A stretch of 64,000 bases of DNA from Macrostomum lignano (taxonomy: Eukaryota). The notes under the pieces were generated by a model, which saw nothing but the letters and a program-made list of their open reading frames with translations, did no database searches and had not been told where the DNA came from. The position numbers and the translations under genes are program-made. Below, one piece after another: positions 1 through 14,841 of this stretch. Location of the stretch: NCBI GenBank assembly GCA_002269645.1, contig NIVC01003507.1:30404-94403 (forward strand), read 5' to 3'. Each line of letters starts with the position of its first letter. Positions within the stretch are counted from its first letter, which is position 1.

Positions 1-2319
<2,319 letters not shown>

Positions 2320-2523
2320 TTAGCCAGCAGCCAACTACTTAGCAGCCACCTGCCCCGCAAAAAAGCAGCAGGGGGGATCCGTCCCCCACCAGCAGACCAA
2401 GACGAGGAAGCTAGCCGCTTCCACGCCAGGCCAGAACGAAAAGGAGGGGGAAGAGCTTCCTCGAAAAACGAAAAGCTGGCGGATGTCAAAGAGTCCCTCG
2501 GTTTAAGTTGCCGTTTGCCCCCT

Positions 2524-3052
2524 GACTAGATAGCTAACAAGAGTGACCAGATAAGCTAGCGAGAGTGACTAGATAGCTAACCAAAGTGACCAGATACGCT
2601 ATCGAAAGTGACTAGACAGCTAACAAGAGTGACCAGATAAGCTATCGAGAGTGATCAGATAGCTAGCGAGAGTGACCAGATAGCTACCGAGATTGACCAG
2701 ATAAGCTATCGAGAGTGACCAGATAGCTAACAAGAGTGATCAGATAGCTATCGAGAGTGATCAGATAGCTAACAAGAGTGACCAGATGAGCTATCGAGAG
2801 TGATCAGATAGCTAACAAGAGTGACCAGATGAGCTATCGAGAGTGATCAGATAGCTAACAAGAGTGACCAGATGAGCTATCGAGAGTGATCAGATAGCTA
2901 ACAAGAGTGATCAGATAGCTATCGGGAGTGATCAGATAGCTATCGGGAGTGATCAGATAAGCTATCGAGAGTGATCAGATAGCTTACAAGAGTGACCAGA
3001 TGAGCTATCGAGAGTGACCATGTAGCTAACAAGAGTGATCAGATAGCTACCG
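2524..3052. repeat. ~21-bp minisatellite (gatagctatcgagagtgacca / gatagctaacaagagtgacca)
   Basis: Direct tandem periodicity; the unit contains the palindrome GATAGCTATC. Confidence 0.9.
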
Positions 3053-3273
3053 AAAGTTTAGGGCAACTAGGAGTGCAAAGTTATTTACAAGGAGGCGTAT
3101 TTCTGTATCCTGAATTTTACGGTACTACAAGCTTAATTTTTGTTTGTGGTTGGGTATTTCAAATTTATAAGCTAGGGTTTATAGAAAGAGTGCTTCTAGT
3201 CTAGATCGCTTGAGTCGACAGTGTACACTTATTTTGATAATCCTCATCGATTTTTATTTCAACAACTCCGCAG

Positions 3274-3755
3274 CCCAGTGGATCTCCGACGTTGACTGTT
3301 TTCTAAGCCTGCACGATCGCAAACTGTGCGTACTGGGCTTCTGCACTCTGCTCACCTGCCCGCCAGACCGCATGCCCGCCTGCTTTGCGGCCGCTCTGCC
3401 CAGCCTCCTGCCGCAGTTCCTGGCCCTGTTCCACGGCTTGAAGGCCGCCTACCAATTGAAAAGCCGCCTAGAGAACGAAGCCGAGGACGACGACGACGGC
3501 GACGGCGATGCCGAAGCGTCTGGCGAGGACGACAATTCGGCTGTTAGCGGCGACGGTCTCAATGCTAGTAACGGCGGCGGCAAGCAGCGCGGCGGCCGGC
3601 GCTCCAACGGTAAAGCCGACGCCGATGATGAAAACAAAGAGCTGGACAGCGACGAGGACGATATCGATCCGGAGCAGGTTGGCTTCTTCATTTCTATTAG
3701 TTAGTTAGTTAGTTAGTTGATTAGTTAGTTAGTTAGTTAGTTAGCTAGTTAGTTG

Positions 3756-3800
<45 letters not shown>

Positions 3801-3802
3801 CC

Positions 3803-3856
<54 letters not shown>

Positions 3857-3858
3857 CC

Positions 3859-3897
<39 letters not shown>

Positions 3898-3916
3898 AAG
3901 TTAGTTAGTTAGTTGA

Positions 3917-3948
<32 letters not shown>

Positions 3949-3986
3949 CTAGTTAGTTGGTTAGTTAGTTAGTTAGTTAGTTAGCC

Positions 3987-4025
<39 letters not shown>

Positions 4026-4026
4026 A

Positions 4027-4070
<44 letters not shown>

Positions 4071-4071
4071 G

Positions 4072-4108
<37 letters not shown>

Positions 4109-4170
4109 CCAGTTAGTTAGTAAGTTAGTTAGTTAGTTAGTTAGCTAGCCAGTTAGTTAGTTAGTTAGCC

Positions 4171-4216
<46 letters not shown>

Positions 4217-4391
4217 CCAGTTAGTTAGTTAGTTAGTTAGTTTGTTTGTTTGTTTGTTTGTTTGTTTGTTAGTTAGCCAGTTAGTTAGTTAGTTAGTTAG
4301 TTTATTTGTTTGTTTGTTTGTTTGTTTGTTTGTTAGTTTGTTTGTTTGTTAGTTAGTTAGTTAGTTAGTTATTTAGTTAGCCAGTTAGTTG

Positions 4392-4432
<41 letters not shown>

Positions 4433-4434
4433 CC

Positions 4435-4492
<58 letters not shown>

Positions 4493-4494
4493 CC

Positions 4495-4536
<42 letters not shown>

Positions 4537-4542
4537 CTAGCC

Positions 4543-4584
<42 letters not shown>

Positions 4585-4586
4585 CC

Positions 4587-4619
<33 letters not shown>

Positions 4620-4714
4620 GTTAGTTAGTTAGCCAGTTAGTTAGTTAGTTTGTTTGTTTGTTTGTTTGTTAGTTTGTTTGTTTGTTTGTTTGTTAGTTAG
4701 TTATTTAGTTAGCC

Positions 4715-4772
<58 letters not shown>

Positions 4773-4774
4773 CC

Positions 4775-4807
<33 letters not shown>

Positions 4808-5684
4808 GTTTGTTTGTTTGTTAGTTAGCCAGTTAGTTAGTTTGTTTGTTTGTTTGTTTGTTTGTTTGTTTGTTAGTTTGTTTGTTTGTTAGTTTGTTAG
4901 TTAGTTATTTAGTTAGCCAGTTAGTTGGTTAGTTAGTTAGTTAGTTAGTTAGTTAGCCAGTTAGTTTGTTTGTTTGTTAGTTTGTTTGTTAGCCAGTTAG
5001 TTAGTTAGTTTGTTTGTTTGTTTGTTTGTTGGTTAGTTAGTTAGTCAGTCAGTCAGTCAGTCAGTCAGTCAGTCAGTCAGTCAGTCAGTCAGTCAGTCAG
5101 TCAGTCAGTCAGTCAGTCAGTCGGTCATTCTGATAGATTTACTCAGTTTTCACACCTTCAGCGCGCAGTCCTGTCTTTATTAATCACGAGTAAATATCAG
5201 TATCACAGTAAAAACGAATGCACTTCAACAGGAAGAGTACGTCGCCAGGCTAAAGCAGCTGGACAAAGCAGCTGGCGGCGGCGATAACGGCGACGACGAG
5301 GGCGACGAGGACGACGACGATGAAGAATACGAGGACGAGGACTTGGTGAATCCCATGTACGAGACTAAGCTGGACGAGGACGACTGTGAACTGGACGAAT
5401 ACGCGGTGTTCAAGTCCACCCTGGAGAGCCTGGCCGCCAGTCAGAGCCAGGTGTACACCCAGCTGTTTGGCGCGGCCAACGAGCAGCAACGTAGCCAACT
5501 GCAGGAGGTGCTGCACATGGCCGAGCTCCGCGTCAACGCCAGACAGTCAAAGAAGATTGGCCAATCAGGCGGTTACACTTTTTCCCAGACTGCCGTGCCG
5601 ATCGCTTTTGATTTTGGCGTCGGCGGCGGCGGCGGCTCTGCGCAAACCTTTCAAGGCTTTTCGTCTGGCGCACCCAGGCAATGA
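3274..5684 (+). CDS. IPO7: Importin-7/8 family, last two exons (3274-3677, 5232-5684); upstream exons lie outside the window
   Basis: QWISDVDCFLSLHDRKLCVLG, acidic ELDSDEDDID, DEYAVFK and SGGYTFS...FDFG match the IPO7/IPO8 C-terminus. The GT-AG intron 3678-5231 is phase 0. IPO7 and IPO8 cannot be separated by eye. Confidence 0.85.
3697..5122. repeat. (TTAG)n microsatellite with TTTG and TCAG sub-arrays, in the importin intron
   Basis: Direct reading of the sequence. Confidence 0.97.
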
Positions 5685-6029
5685 TAAAATCGGCCAGTGT
5701 GCGACCGCGTGTTGGTTTCAGTTATTATGGGGCTTAACATTACCCGTCAGCTATACATTACTGGTAAGCTAACCCACTTCTGCCTTTGCCTACACCATTC
5801 TTTCCTCTTATAATTATTATTTTCTCTCTTTAAAAATACTGCATACTCGAGCTCTTTCCTGCTGTTTCATTATTATTCTTCAAAACCTTTGCGCGTTTCT
5901 CTGACGCTTGTTTTGTTGTTTCTCTTTGTTCTTTGTTGCTGCTTTTCCTGACGATTGACGATCCGGTCTGTTGCTAAGTTATTTAGTTAAAAAATCGGCT
6001 CTTTACCAGCTTTCTAGAAATCGATCATA

Positions 6030-6846
6030 CACCAACTTTCTGAGAATTGGTCCTTTGCCAACTTTCTAAGAATTGGTCCTATGCCAACTTTCTAAGAATT
6101 GGTGCTTTGCCAACTTTCTAAGAATTGGTCCTTTGCCAACTTTCTAAGAATTGGTCCTTTGCCAACTTTTTAAGAATTGGTCCTATGCCAACTTTCTAAG
6201 AATTGGTGCTTTGCCAACTTTCTAAGAATTGGTCCTTTGCCAACTTTCTAAGAATTGGTCCTATGGCCAACTTTTTAACATTCGGTCCTATACCCAACTT
6301 TCTTAAAATCGCTCCTATACCTACTTTCTAAGAATCGGTCCTATACCAACTTTCTAGGAATCGGTCCTATACCAACTTTCTAAGAATCGGTCCTATACCA
6401 ACTTTCTAGGAATCGGTCCTATACCAACTTTCTAAGAATCGGTCCTATACCAACTTTCTAGGAATCGGTCCTATACCAACTTTCTAGGAATCGGTCCTAT
6501 ACCAACTTTCTAGGAATCGGTCCTATACCAACTTTCTAGGAATCGGTCCTATACCAACTTTCTAGGAATCGGTCCTATACCAACTTTCTAAGAATCGGTC
6601 CTATACCAACTTTCTAGGAATCGGTCCTATACCAACTTTCTAAGAATCGGTCCTATACCAACTTTCTAGGAATCGGTCCTATACCAACTTTCTAGGAATC
6701 GGTCCTATACCAACTTTCTAGGAATCGGTCCTATACCAACTTTCTAAGAATCGGTCCTATACCAACTTTCTAGGAATCGGTCCTATACCAACTTTCTAGG
6801 AATCGGTCATATACCAACTTTCTAAGAATCGCTCCTATACCAACTT
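6030..6846. repeat. 26-bp minisatellite (ccaactttctaagaatcggtcctata)
   Basis: About 30 tandem copies with variant blocks. Confidence 0.95.
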
Positions 6847-8194
6847 TAAGAGTCAATCCTAATCGCTTTTTTAAGTTCTTTAAGTATCTGTAGGTATCGC
6901 GTTTCTCATTTATATCATCATATTCATAAATAATGAAAAGTCTGCTATTTTGGCAATCCGAATCAAGAAGCAAGAGCTCCGGTTACACTATTTGCGCGTA
7001 AAAGTTCTTCTGTGCTGCTACAAGAAATTTATATTTTTTGTTTTGTTATAATTCTGTACTGCTCCTGACGTTCTTTTGACTGTGTAAAGATCAAAACAAG
7101 TCGGTAGGTTTCCATGCTCTTGTCTTCTTTTTACCAATTTTATTAATAAATAGAATTGGATTCCAATGGCGATTCCAGCAAGACTGATCATATCAATAAC
7201 AGTTTTCATAATTTTAAATTAATGTTTTTAATCTTATATATTATTGTAGTGTAATTTACGAGTAATGTTATTATAACTGAAGCCAGTGCACCTACACCTT
7301 TTGCTTGCTTACTTGGAATTCGTTCTTGTTTTTTCCTTAAAATATTATTAATATTGTTACTAATGGGTGGGTGACCTAATTTCCTAACCAAAACTATTTG
7401 CCCCTTATATCACCCAATTATGATTGTCCGTTTTGTTGTTATATTATAATATGAATAATTATAAACTCCATCACAATAATGTTTCTCTATTCAACTTCTA
7501 ATAATATTTTTGAAGCCTAAATATAGTTAAAATTTACTTCGTGTTTTTGTCGCCTTTAACTTCGATTTGATCTACTGTTAGTAGGCTAGCGGCGCATATT
7601 GTTATTTTTTTTCAATTTTTGGGCTTTAATGAATGCTTTAACATAGCGGTATTTTTAACACTGGTGTAGACTGCTATTCCGCCTTATTACAGTTTATATC
7701 TGAGTTTCTAGTCTTGCCCCTAGCGTATGCTGTTGATAAGTTATTTAACAAGCTATTAGTGTCAGCTAAAAAAGGAAAACTTCGCCGGCCAAAGGGCTGA
7801 TTGGGCTAAAAATGATTGATAATGTGTTTTTTTCAAGAATAAAGTTAATATATTCAATCTACTCTACTAGTACATTAGTAGCATCTATGCACGGTATGTT
7901 TCATTTTTATATATAAACTTATTATTATTTATTGACCTATTGGCGTTACCCGCTGTTTGAAGAGTGTTACGCATATGTGTTGAATATCAATTGAATGATT
8001 GATAAATATTTCTGTCTAAAACCGTTTTTTCAGTTTCTCAATTTGCGTTGCTAGGTTGCTTCCGTGTTGGTAAATTAACAATTGTTTATCTATTAAATAC
8101 AATCGTGATCGGTCGCCTACTGTGGACAAAAAAATTTGTTTGATTTTACTTCGCTTTATTATTGTATGTTCTAGCTTATATGAGGTCTAAGTTC

Positions 8195-9545
8195 TATGAC
8201 AGCTCTATCTAGTGCAGTTCAGGTGTGACAGACAGCTGTATCTAGTGCAGTTCAGGTGTGACAGACAGCTCTATCTAGTGCAGTTCAGGTGTGACAGACA
8301 GCTCTATCTAGTGCAGTTCAGGTGTGACAGACAGCTGTATCTAGTGCAGTTCAGGTGTGACAGACAGCTCTATCTAGTGCAGTTCAGGTGTGACAGACAG
8401 CTGTATCTAGTGCAGTTCAGGTGTGACAGACAGCTCTATCTAGTGCAGTTTAGGTGTGACAGACAGCTCTATCTAGTGCAGTTCAGGTGTGACAGACAGC
8501 TCTATCTAGTGCAGTTCAGGTGTGACAGACAGCTCTATCTAGTGCAGTTTAGGTGTGACAGACAGCTCTATCTAGTGCAGTTTAGGTGTGACAGACAGCT
8601 CTATCTAGTGCAGTTTAGGTGTGACAGACAGCTCTATCTAGTGCAGTTCAGGTGTGACAGACAGCTGTATCTAGTGCAGTTCAGGTGTGACAGACAGCTC
8701 TATCTAGTGCAGTTTAGGTGTGACAGACAGCTGTATCTAGTGCAGTTCAGGTGTGACAGACAGCTGTATCTAGTGCAGTTCAGGTGTGACAGACAGCTCT
8801 ATCTAGTGCAGTTTAGGTGTGACAGACAGGTCTATCTGGTGCAGTTCAGGTGTGACAGACAGCTGTATCTAGTGCAGTTCAGGTGTGACAGACAGGTCTA
8901 TCTGGTGCAGTTCAGGTGTGACAGACAGCTGCATCTAGTGCAGTTCAGGTGTGACAGTCAGGTCTATCTGGTGCAGTTCAGGTGTGACAGACAGCTGTAT
9001 CTAGTGCAGTTCAGGTGTGACAGTCAGGTCTATCTGGTGCAGTTCAGGTGTGACAGACACCTGTATCTAGTGCAGTTCAGGTGTGACAGACAGCTGTATC
9101 TAGTGCAGTTCCGGTGTGACAGACAGGTCTATCTGGTGTAGTTCAGGTGTGACAGACAGGTCTATCTAGTGCAGTTCAGGTGTGACAGACAGCTGTATCT
9201 AGTGCAGTTCAGGTGTGACAGACAGGTCTATCTAGTGCAGTTTAGGTGTGACAGACAGCTCTATCTAGTGCAGTTCAGGTGTGACAGACAGCTCTATCTA
9301 GTGCAGTTCAGGTGTGACAGACAGCTCTATCTAGTGCAGTTTAGGTGTGACAGACAGCTCTATCTAGTGCAGTTTAGGTGTGACAGACAGCTGTATCTAG
9401 TGCAGTTTAGGTGTGACAGACAGCTGTATCTAGTGCAGTTCAGGTGTGACAGACAGCTGTATCTAGTGCAGTTCAGGTGTGACAGACAGGTCTATCTAGT
9501 GCAGTTCAGGTGTGACAGACAGGTCTATCTGGTGTAGTTCAGGTG
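8195..9545. repeat. 33-bp minisatellite (ctagtgcagttcaggtgtgacagacagctgtat)
   Basis: About 40 copies. The LVQFRCDRQLY ORFs are translations of this array. Confidence 0.95.
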
Positions 9546-9660
9546 CTGTTACAGTGGAAGGATTCATATGCTTAATATGAGCACGGAACATGAATAACAG
9601 GAAACATGAATACAATTCAGCCTAATCAGAGTTTCGCATCACCACTTTAAGCTACCTGGC

Positions 9661-11679
9661 ATGTCACAACAGCAGCAGCGGTCTAGCAAGCGAGTCTCAG
9701 TCGGCCCATCAGCAGGTAGACAGGCCGGCGGCAAGGCTACGACCAGCGGAGGCAGACTGTCGATGAGCGTAGGCTCAGGCGGCGGTGGCAAGCCGAATCC
9801 CAAACTGAACTATAAGCAGACTTGCAGCCTGAAGGAGGGCCACGGCCAGTCTGTGTACGCGCTGCAATTCAACAATAGCAGCGGCAGCGAGCCCTGCCTG
9901 TTTGCCACCGCCGGGGCCTGCTATGTGACCGTCTACGCCTGCCTGCCTGACGGTGTTATTGAACTGCTTCAGGCGTACGCCGATCCGGCTGGCGATGAGG
10001 AGGAGTTCTGCTGTCTGGCCTGGTCGCTGGATCCGATTACTAGGCAACAGGTATGACCATCTAGGCAACAGGTGTGATCATCTAGGCAACAGGTATGACC
10101 ATCTAGGCAACAGGTGTGATCATCTAGGCAACAGGTGTGACCATCTAGGCAACAGGTGTGATCATCTAGGCAACAGGTGTGACCATCTAGGCAACAGGTG
10201 TGATCATCTAGGCAACAGGTGTGACCATCTAGGCAACAGGCTGTGACGTCTGACGTGACCATCTAGGCAACAGGTGTGACCATCTAAGCAACAGGTGTGA
10301 CCATCTAGGCAACAGGTATGATCATCTAGGCAACAGGTATGACCATCTAGGCAACAGGCTGTGACGTGACCATCTAGGCAACAGGTGTGATTATCTAGGC
10401 AACAGGTATGACCATCTAGGCAACAGGCTGTGACGTGACCATCTAGGTAACAGGTATGACCATCTAGGCAACAGGTATGACCATCTAGGCAACAGGTATG
10501 ACCATCTAGGCAACAGGTATGACCATCTAGGCAACAGGTATGACCATCTAGGCAACAGGCTGTGACGTGACCATCTAGGCAACAGGTATGACCATCTAAG
10601 CAACAGGTGTGATCATCTAGGCAACAGGTGTGACCATCTAGGCAACAGGTGTGATCATCTAGGCAACAGGTGTGATAATCTAGGCAACAGGTATGACCAT
10701 CTATGCAACAGGTGTGACAATCTAGGTAATTGGTGTTACGCAGATTCTAGGCAAAATGAATTAAGATCTAAGTCTATACAATGGATGTGAGGATCTAGAC
10801 AATGGATGTGAGGATCTAGACAATGGATGTGAGGGTCTAGACAATATGTGTGAGGATCTAGACAATGGATGTGAGGATCTAGACAATGGATGTGAGGATC
10901 TAGACAATGGATGTGAGGATCTAGACAATGGATGTGAGGATCTAGACAATGGATGTGAGGGTCTAGACAACAGGCAGCTTTCAAACCCCCGGGTTTGAGG
11001 GCCAAGCCTCTTTGCTTTTTTAACTTGGAAAGCCTATAAAACATCAGTTTGAAACCCATCTCAGGTGATATTGACGGCCGGTCGACGCGGCGTCATCCGC
11101 GTGATTTGTCCATCCATGGCTGCCTGTCTGAAGAGCTTAGTCGGCCACGGTAACAGTGTCAATCACCTGAAGGTGAGCCCGCGCAATCCAGCCCTGCTAT
11201 TCAGCTTCTCCAAGGACTACACGGCCAGAGCGTGGAATCTGGCCACCGGCCATCAGGTGGCCATCTTCGGCGGCTGCGACGGGCACCGCTCTGAGGTGCT
11301 GCACGGCGACGTGAATCTGGACTGCAGCCTGCTGCTCTCCTGCGGCATGGATCATTCTGTCCGGCTGTGGCGCCTGGATCGGCCGGAGTTTGAGCGGGCG
11401 GCCCGCCTCTCGGAGACCTGGTCGGACGAGGATGAGAAGCGCCGGTTCCCCACCTGGATGCAGCATCATCCGGATTTTGTCACGCGAGAGGTGCGACCCC
11501 GTTTGATTTGGGATTTGGACTAAGATAGATAGACAGGCACTAAGACAGACAGACAGACAGACAGACATGCAGGCAGCAGACATACTGCCTGTCTATCTGT
11601 GTCTGTCACAGACAGACAGACACTAAGACAGGTAGACAAGACAGGTAGACAGACAGACAGTCAGGTAGGCATGTACTCG

Positions 11680-11751
<72 letters not shown>

Positions 11752-11833
11752 TAGACAGACAGGTAAACAGATAAACAGACACAGATAGACAGACAGTCAG
11801 GTAGACAGACAGACAGGTAGACAGACAGACAGG

Positions 11834-11889
<56 letters not shown>

Positions 11890-13328
11890 TAGACAGACAC
11901 GTAGACAGGTAGACGGACACAGACAGACAGACAGACAGGTAAATAGACAGAAAGACAGGTAGACAGACACAGACAGACAGGTAGACAGGTAGACAGGTAG
12001 ACATGTGTATAGCATATAGAATATACATGGTTTTGTGTTTGATTTTTAGATAAGTAAGTGATGTCAAAGTTATTTTAGCTTCTTTGCTGGTAGGCACATG
12101 CAGATAAATATGTAGATAAGTAAGACAGGTAGGCAGATAGCTAGCTGTGTCTAAAGATGTATGCCAAATTGTCTTTTTCTTGTTCCTATTCAGGTGCACG
12201 GCAACTACATCGACTGCGCTGCCTGGTTTGGCAACTGCATCCTGTCAAAGTCGTGCGAATCCTGCGTTGTCTTGTGGAAGCCTGGCAGTTTGAAATCGGC
12301 CGATTGTGGCCCGTTGAGGCACACTGACAATGCCATGTCTATACTGTACCAGTTCGAGGTGAAGAACTGTGATATTTGGTTCATCAAGTTCGATCTGCAC
12401 CTGCCAACCAAGGTTGGACTTCGGCTTGTACTTTTATCTTCGGGAATCAGAATACCAGCTCCTTTCCCAGGGTCACTCTGCCGCCCCTATCATATCTCTG
12501 AGGATCACTCTGCCGCCCGTATCATAGCTCTGAGGATCACTCTGCCGCCCCTATCATAGCTCTGAGGATCACTCTGCCGCCCCTATCATAGCTCTGATGA
12601 TCACTCTGCCGCCCCTATCATAGCTCTGAGGATCACTCTGCCGCCCCTATCATAGCTCTGAGGATCACTCTGCCGCCCCTATCATAGCTCTGAGGATCAC
12701 TCTGCCGCCCCTATCATAGCTCTGAGGATCACTCTGCCGTCCCTATCATAGCTCTTAGGGTCACTCTGCCGCCCCTATCATAGCTCTTAGGGTCACTTGC
12801 CGCCCCTATCATAGCTCTTAGGGTCACTCTGCCCCCAACTATCATAGCTCTTAGGGTCACTCTGCCGCCCCTATCATAGCTCTTAGGGTCACTCTGCCGC
12901 CCCTATCATAGCTCTTAGGGTCACTCTGCCCCCAACTATCTCAGCTCTGAGGGTCACTCTGTCCCCAACTATACCAGCTGTGAGGGTCACTCTGACCCCC
13001 AATTATCCCAGCTCCGGGGGTCACTCTGCCGTCAACTATCGCGTATTAACAATCCCAGGACCTGAATTAAATCAATCCATCTGCATTCCAGCGCCTGGCC
13101 CTGGGCAATTCCATCGGCAAAGTGCAACTATTCGACTTGGACGCGCCGGACATTTTCGATATGCGGCCAGCAACGCTGAACGTCACTAAAGGCCAAGGCG
13201 CAGTCAGGCAGACCTGCTTTAGCCGCGACGGATCGACACTACTGTGCGTCTGCGACTTCGGCCTGGTTGTACGATTCGATCTGGACAAGCAGAGCGCCGC
13301 TGCCGCCGCGGCAGCTGCTGCCAAATAG
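9661..13328 (+). CDS. EED: Polycomb protein EED/esc (WD40 subunit of PRC2), 4 exons: 9661-10050, 11065-11490, 12194-12412, 13092-13328; ~423 aa
   Basis: Motifs VGHGNSVNHLK, IFGGCDGHRSEVL, SCGMDHS, VHGNYIDC...ILSKSCE, CDIWFIKF, RLALGN, VRQTCFSRDGS. All three introns are GT-AG, phase 0. AATAAA at 13452. Confidence 0.93.
10039..10725. repeat. 21-bp minisatellite containing the EED exon 1 splice donor (ctaggcaacag|gtatgaccat)
   Basis: The first unit spans the exon/intron junction; about 30 copies. Confidence 0.95.
10773..10970. repeat. 21-bp minisatellite (gatctagacaatggatgtgag), related to the preceding array
   Basis: About 15/21 identity to the donor-containing unit. Confidence 0.9.
11524..12000. 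repeat. (GACA)n-type microsatellite in EED intron 2
   Basis: Direct reading of the sequence. Confidence 0.95.
12470..13030. repeat. 32-bp minisatellite (cactctgccgcccctatcatagctctgaggat) in EED intron 3
   Basis: Tandem copies that degenerate toward the 3' end. Confidence 0.93.
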
Positions 13329-14841
13329 GAGCCGAATGCAGTAGTCACGTGAGCTAATGCTGAAATTGACATGTGGTGCATGTATAGTATCTATGTATAT
13401 AGTTGCATGTACAAGTTTATTGTCAAAAAGTTTCTATTTCTCAATTAACGAAATAAAGCAGCTATCTGCAGGCTTCATTATCTAAGTCTTTCTTCTCGCT
13501 AGTGAAACTCTCAATTTTTATTTAATTAGATAAAAGCAACTGTAGGATCAATTCATTCGTGTTTCGCCGCTGAAAAAGGTTCATGCGCACTAATCCGTGT
13601 TTTTGCTCACTAAGTAGATACCGTGTGTCTGCAATTCGTGTGTTCGCAATTCCCTTGGTAGTTTTTTAACTTTGGTAACTAATTTACCGGCTGGAATATT
13701 GCTGCCAAAATACAATGCTTGGCCATACTTAGTATATTTGTCTATTGATAAGTTGTGCTAAAATACTTTTCTTCAATTCTGTTGTCTCATTTATTTTAAA
13801 TTTAATACTTTTTATGTTTGATTGTGTAATATAATTTACGGTATTCGAATTCACAGTTAGACACCGTGACTAATCACTGGATTCACGTTAAGAAGTATCA
13901 ATAACATTAAAAGTCATGACCTGCGTGTAATGAGATGCAGCTAACTGCCGGGGCATATTCTGTGGAGCCGGTCAGCCAAAGCAGATGCAGGCTATTCCAT
14001 AGCCCATACCCAGTATTTTACACGTACATTACACAAGTACACACGAACAGCTGATATCCATTTTACACAATTCTGATAGTATAGCTAATTTCAAATTATA
14101 CTTGTTTTACTGACATTAAACATTCTCAGCCACAGAGTCCACGCTACAGCGACTATTCGAAGGCAAGAATACAGATAACGTGCATACATGTACTATACAT
14201 CTACAAGTTGATTAGAAATGGCACTAACAATACACCTAGTCCAGCCGTAGCAGTAGAGTTTTGTGACGCATTTCTTTGCTGTTTTGTTTAAGGCTTATAG
14301 CTTTTTCCTAATTTTTATTCTTTATAACTGTGGGTTAAAAGATTTTGTTAAACTTGCTAAGACATAAATAACTCGTTTTAACTTCATCAGTAAATGCCGA
14401 ATTTTTGGCCACGTCGATCGATTCCTATAAATCATGCTCATTCCTCTAAATTTGATTAAAACTGTATAAAATACTGTAAAGTGTAGCAAAATACAAAGTA
14501 AATCTGCATTTTTTAGGTTTAATAAAGATTATAAAGGTTTTTTTCAACGCAAACAGCACCGAGGCACAGACTTTCTAGTACGACTTTTACGGTACACATC
14601 TTGATATTTTTAGAAGCGGTAGAGTTCGTAGATATTATAAACCATCCAGTAGGCCTACACTAGCATATGTCTAGATAGAAGTCAAAGTGGATTCTACAGT
14701 ATTTTATCATATGGACGATCACTGCTAATTATACACTAGTTTTATAGTAATAATAGGGCCTAGATAGGATAAATAGAATACGACTTTTATTATCCAATCC
14801 AGCTATACTATCTTAAGGACCTAGCTAGCCCCTAATCAGCA

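Noticed and set aside
3697-5122. TTAG array as an interstitial telomere
   Set aside because: The unit is a 4-mer, not TTAGG or TTAGGG, and it drifts into TTTG and TCAG; it is an ordinary microsatellite.
8212-9537. Long LVQFRCDRQLY ORFs, and similar repeat ORFs at 24994-25928, 26207-27082, 30115-30605, 31596-31922 and 41004-41856
   Set aside because: These are translations of stop-free minisatellite units with no unique coding context, mostly inside introns.
14405-14416. GCCACGTC as a UPR (XBP1/ATF6) element upstream of SEC22B
   Set aside because: The match is short and imperfect, and a similar one occurs at ~23500; it is expected by chance.
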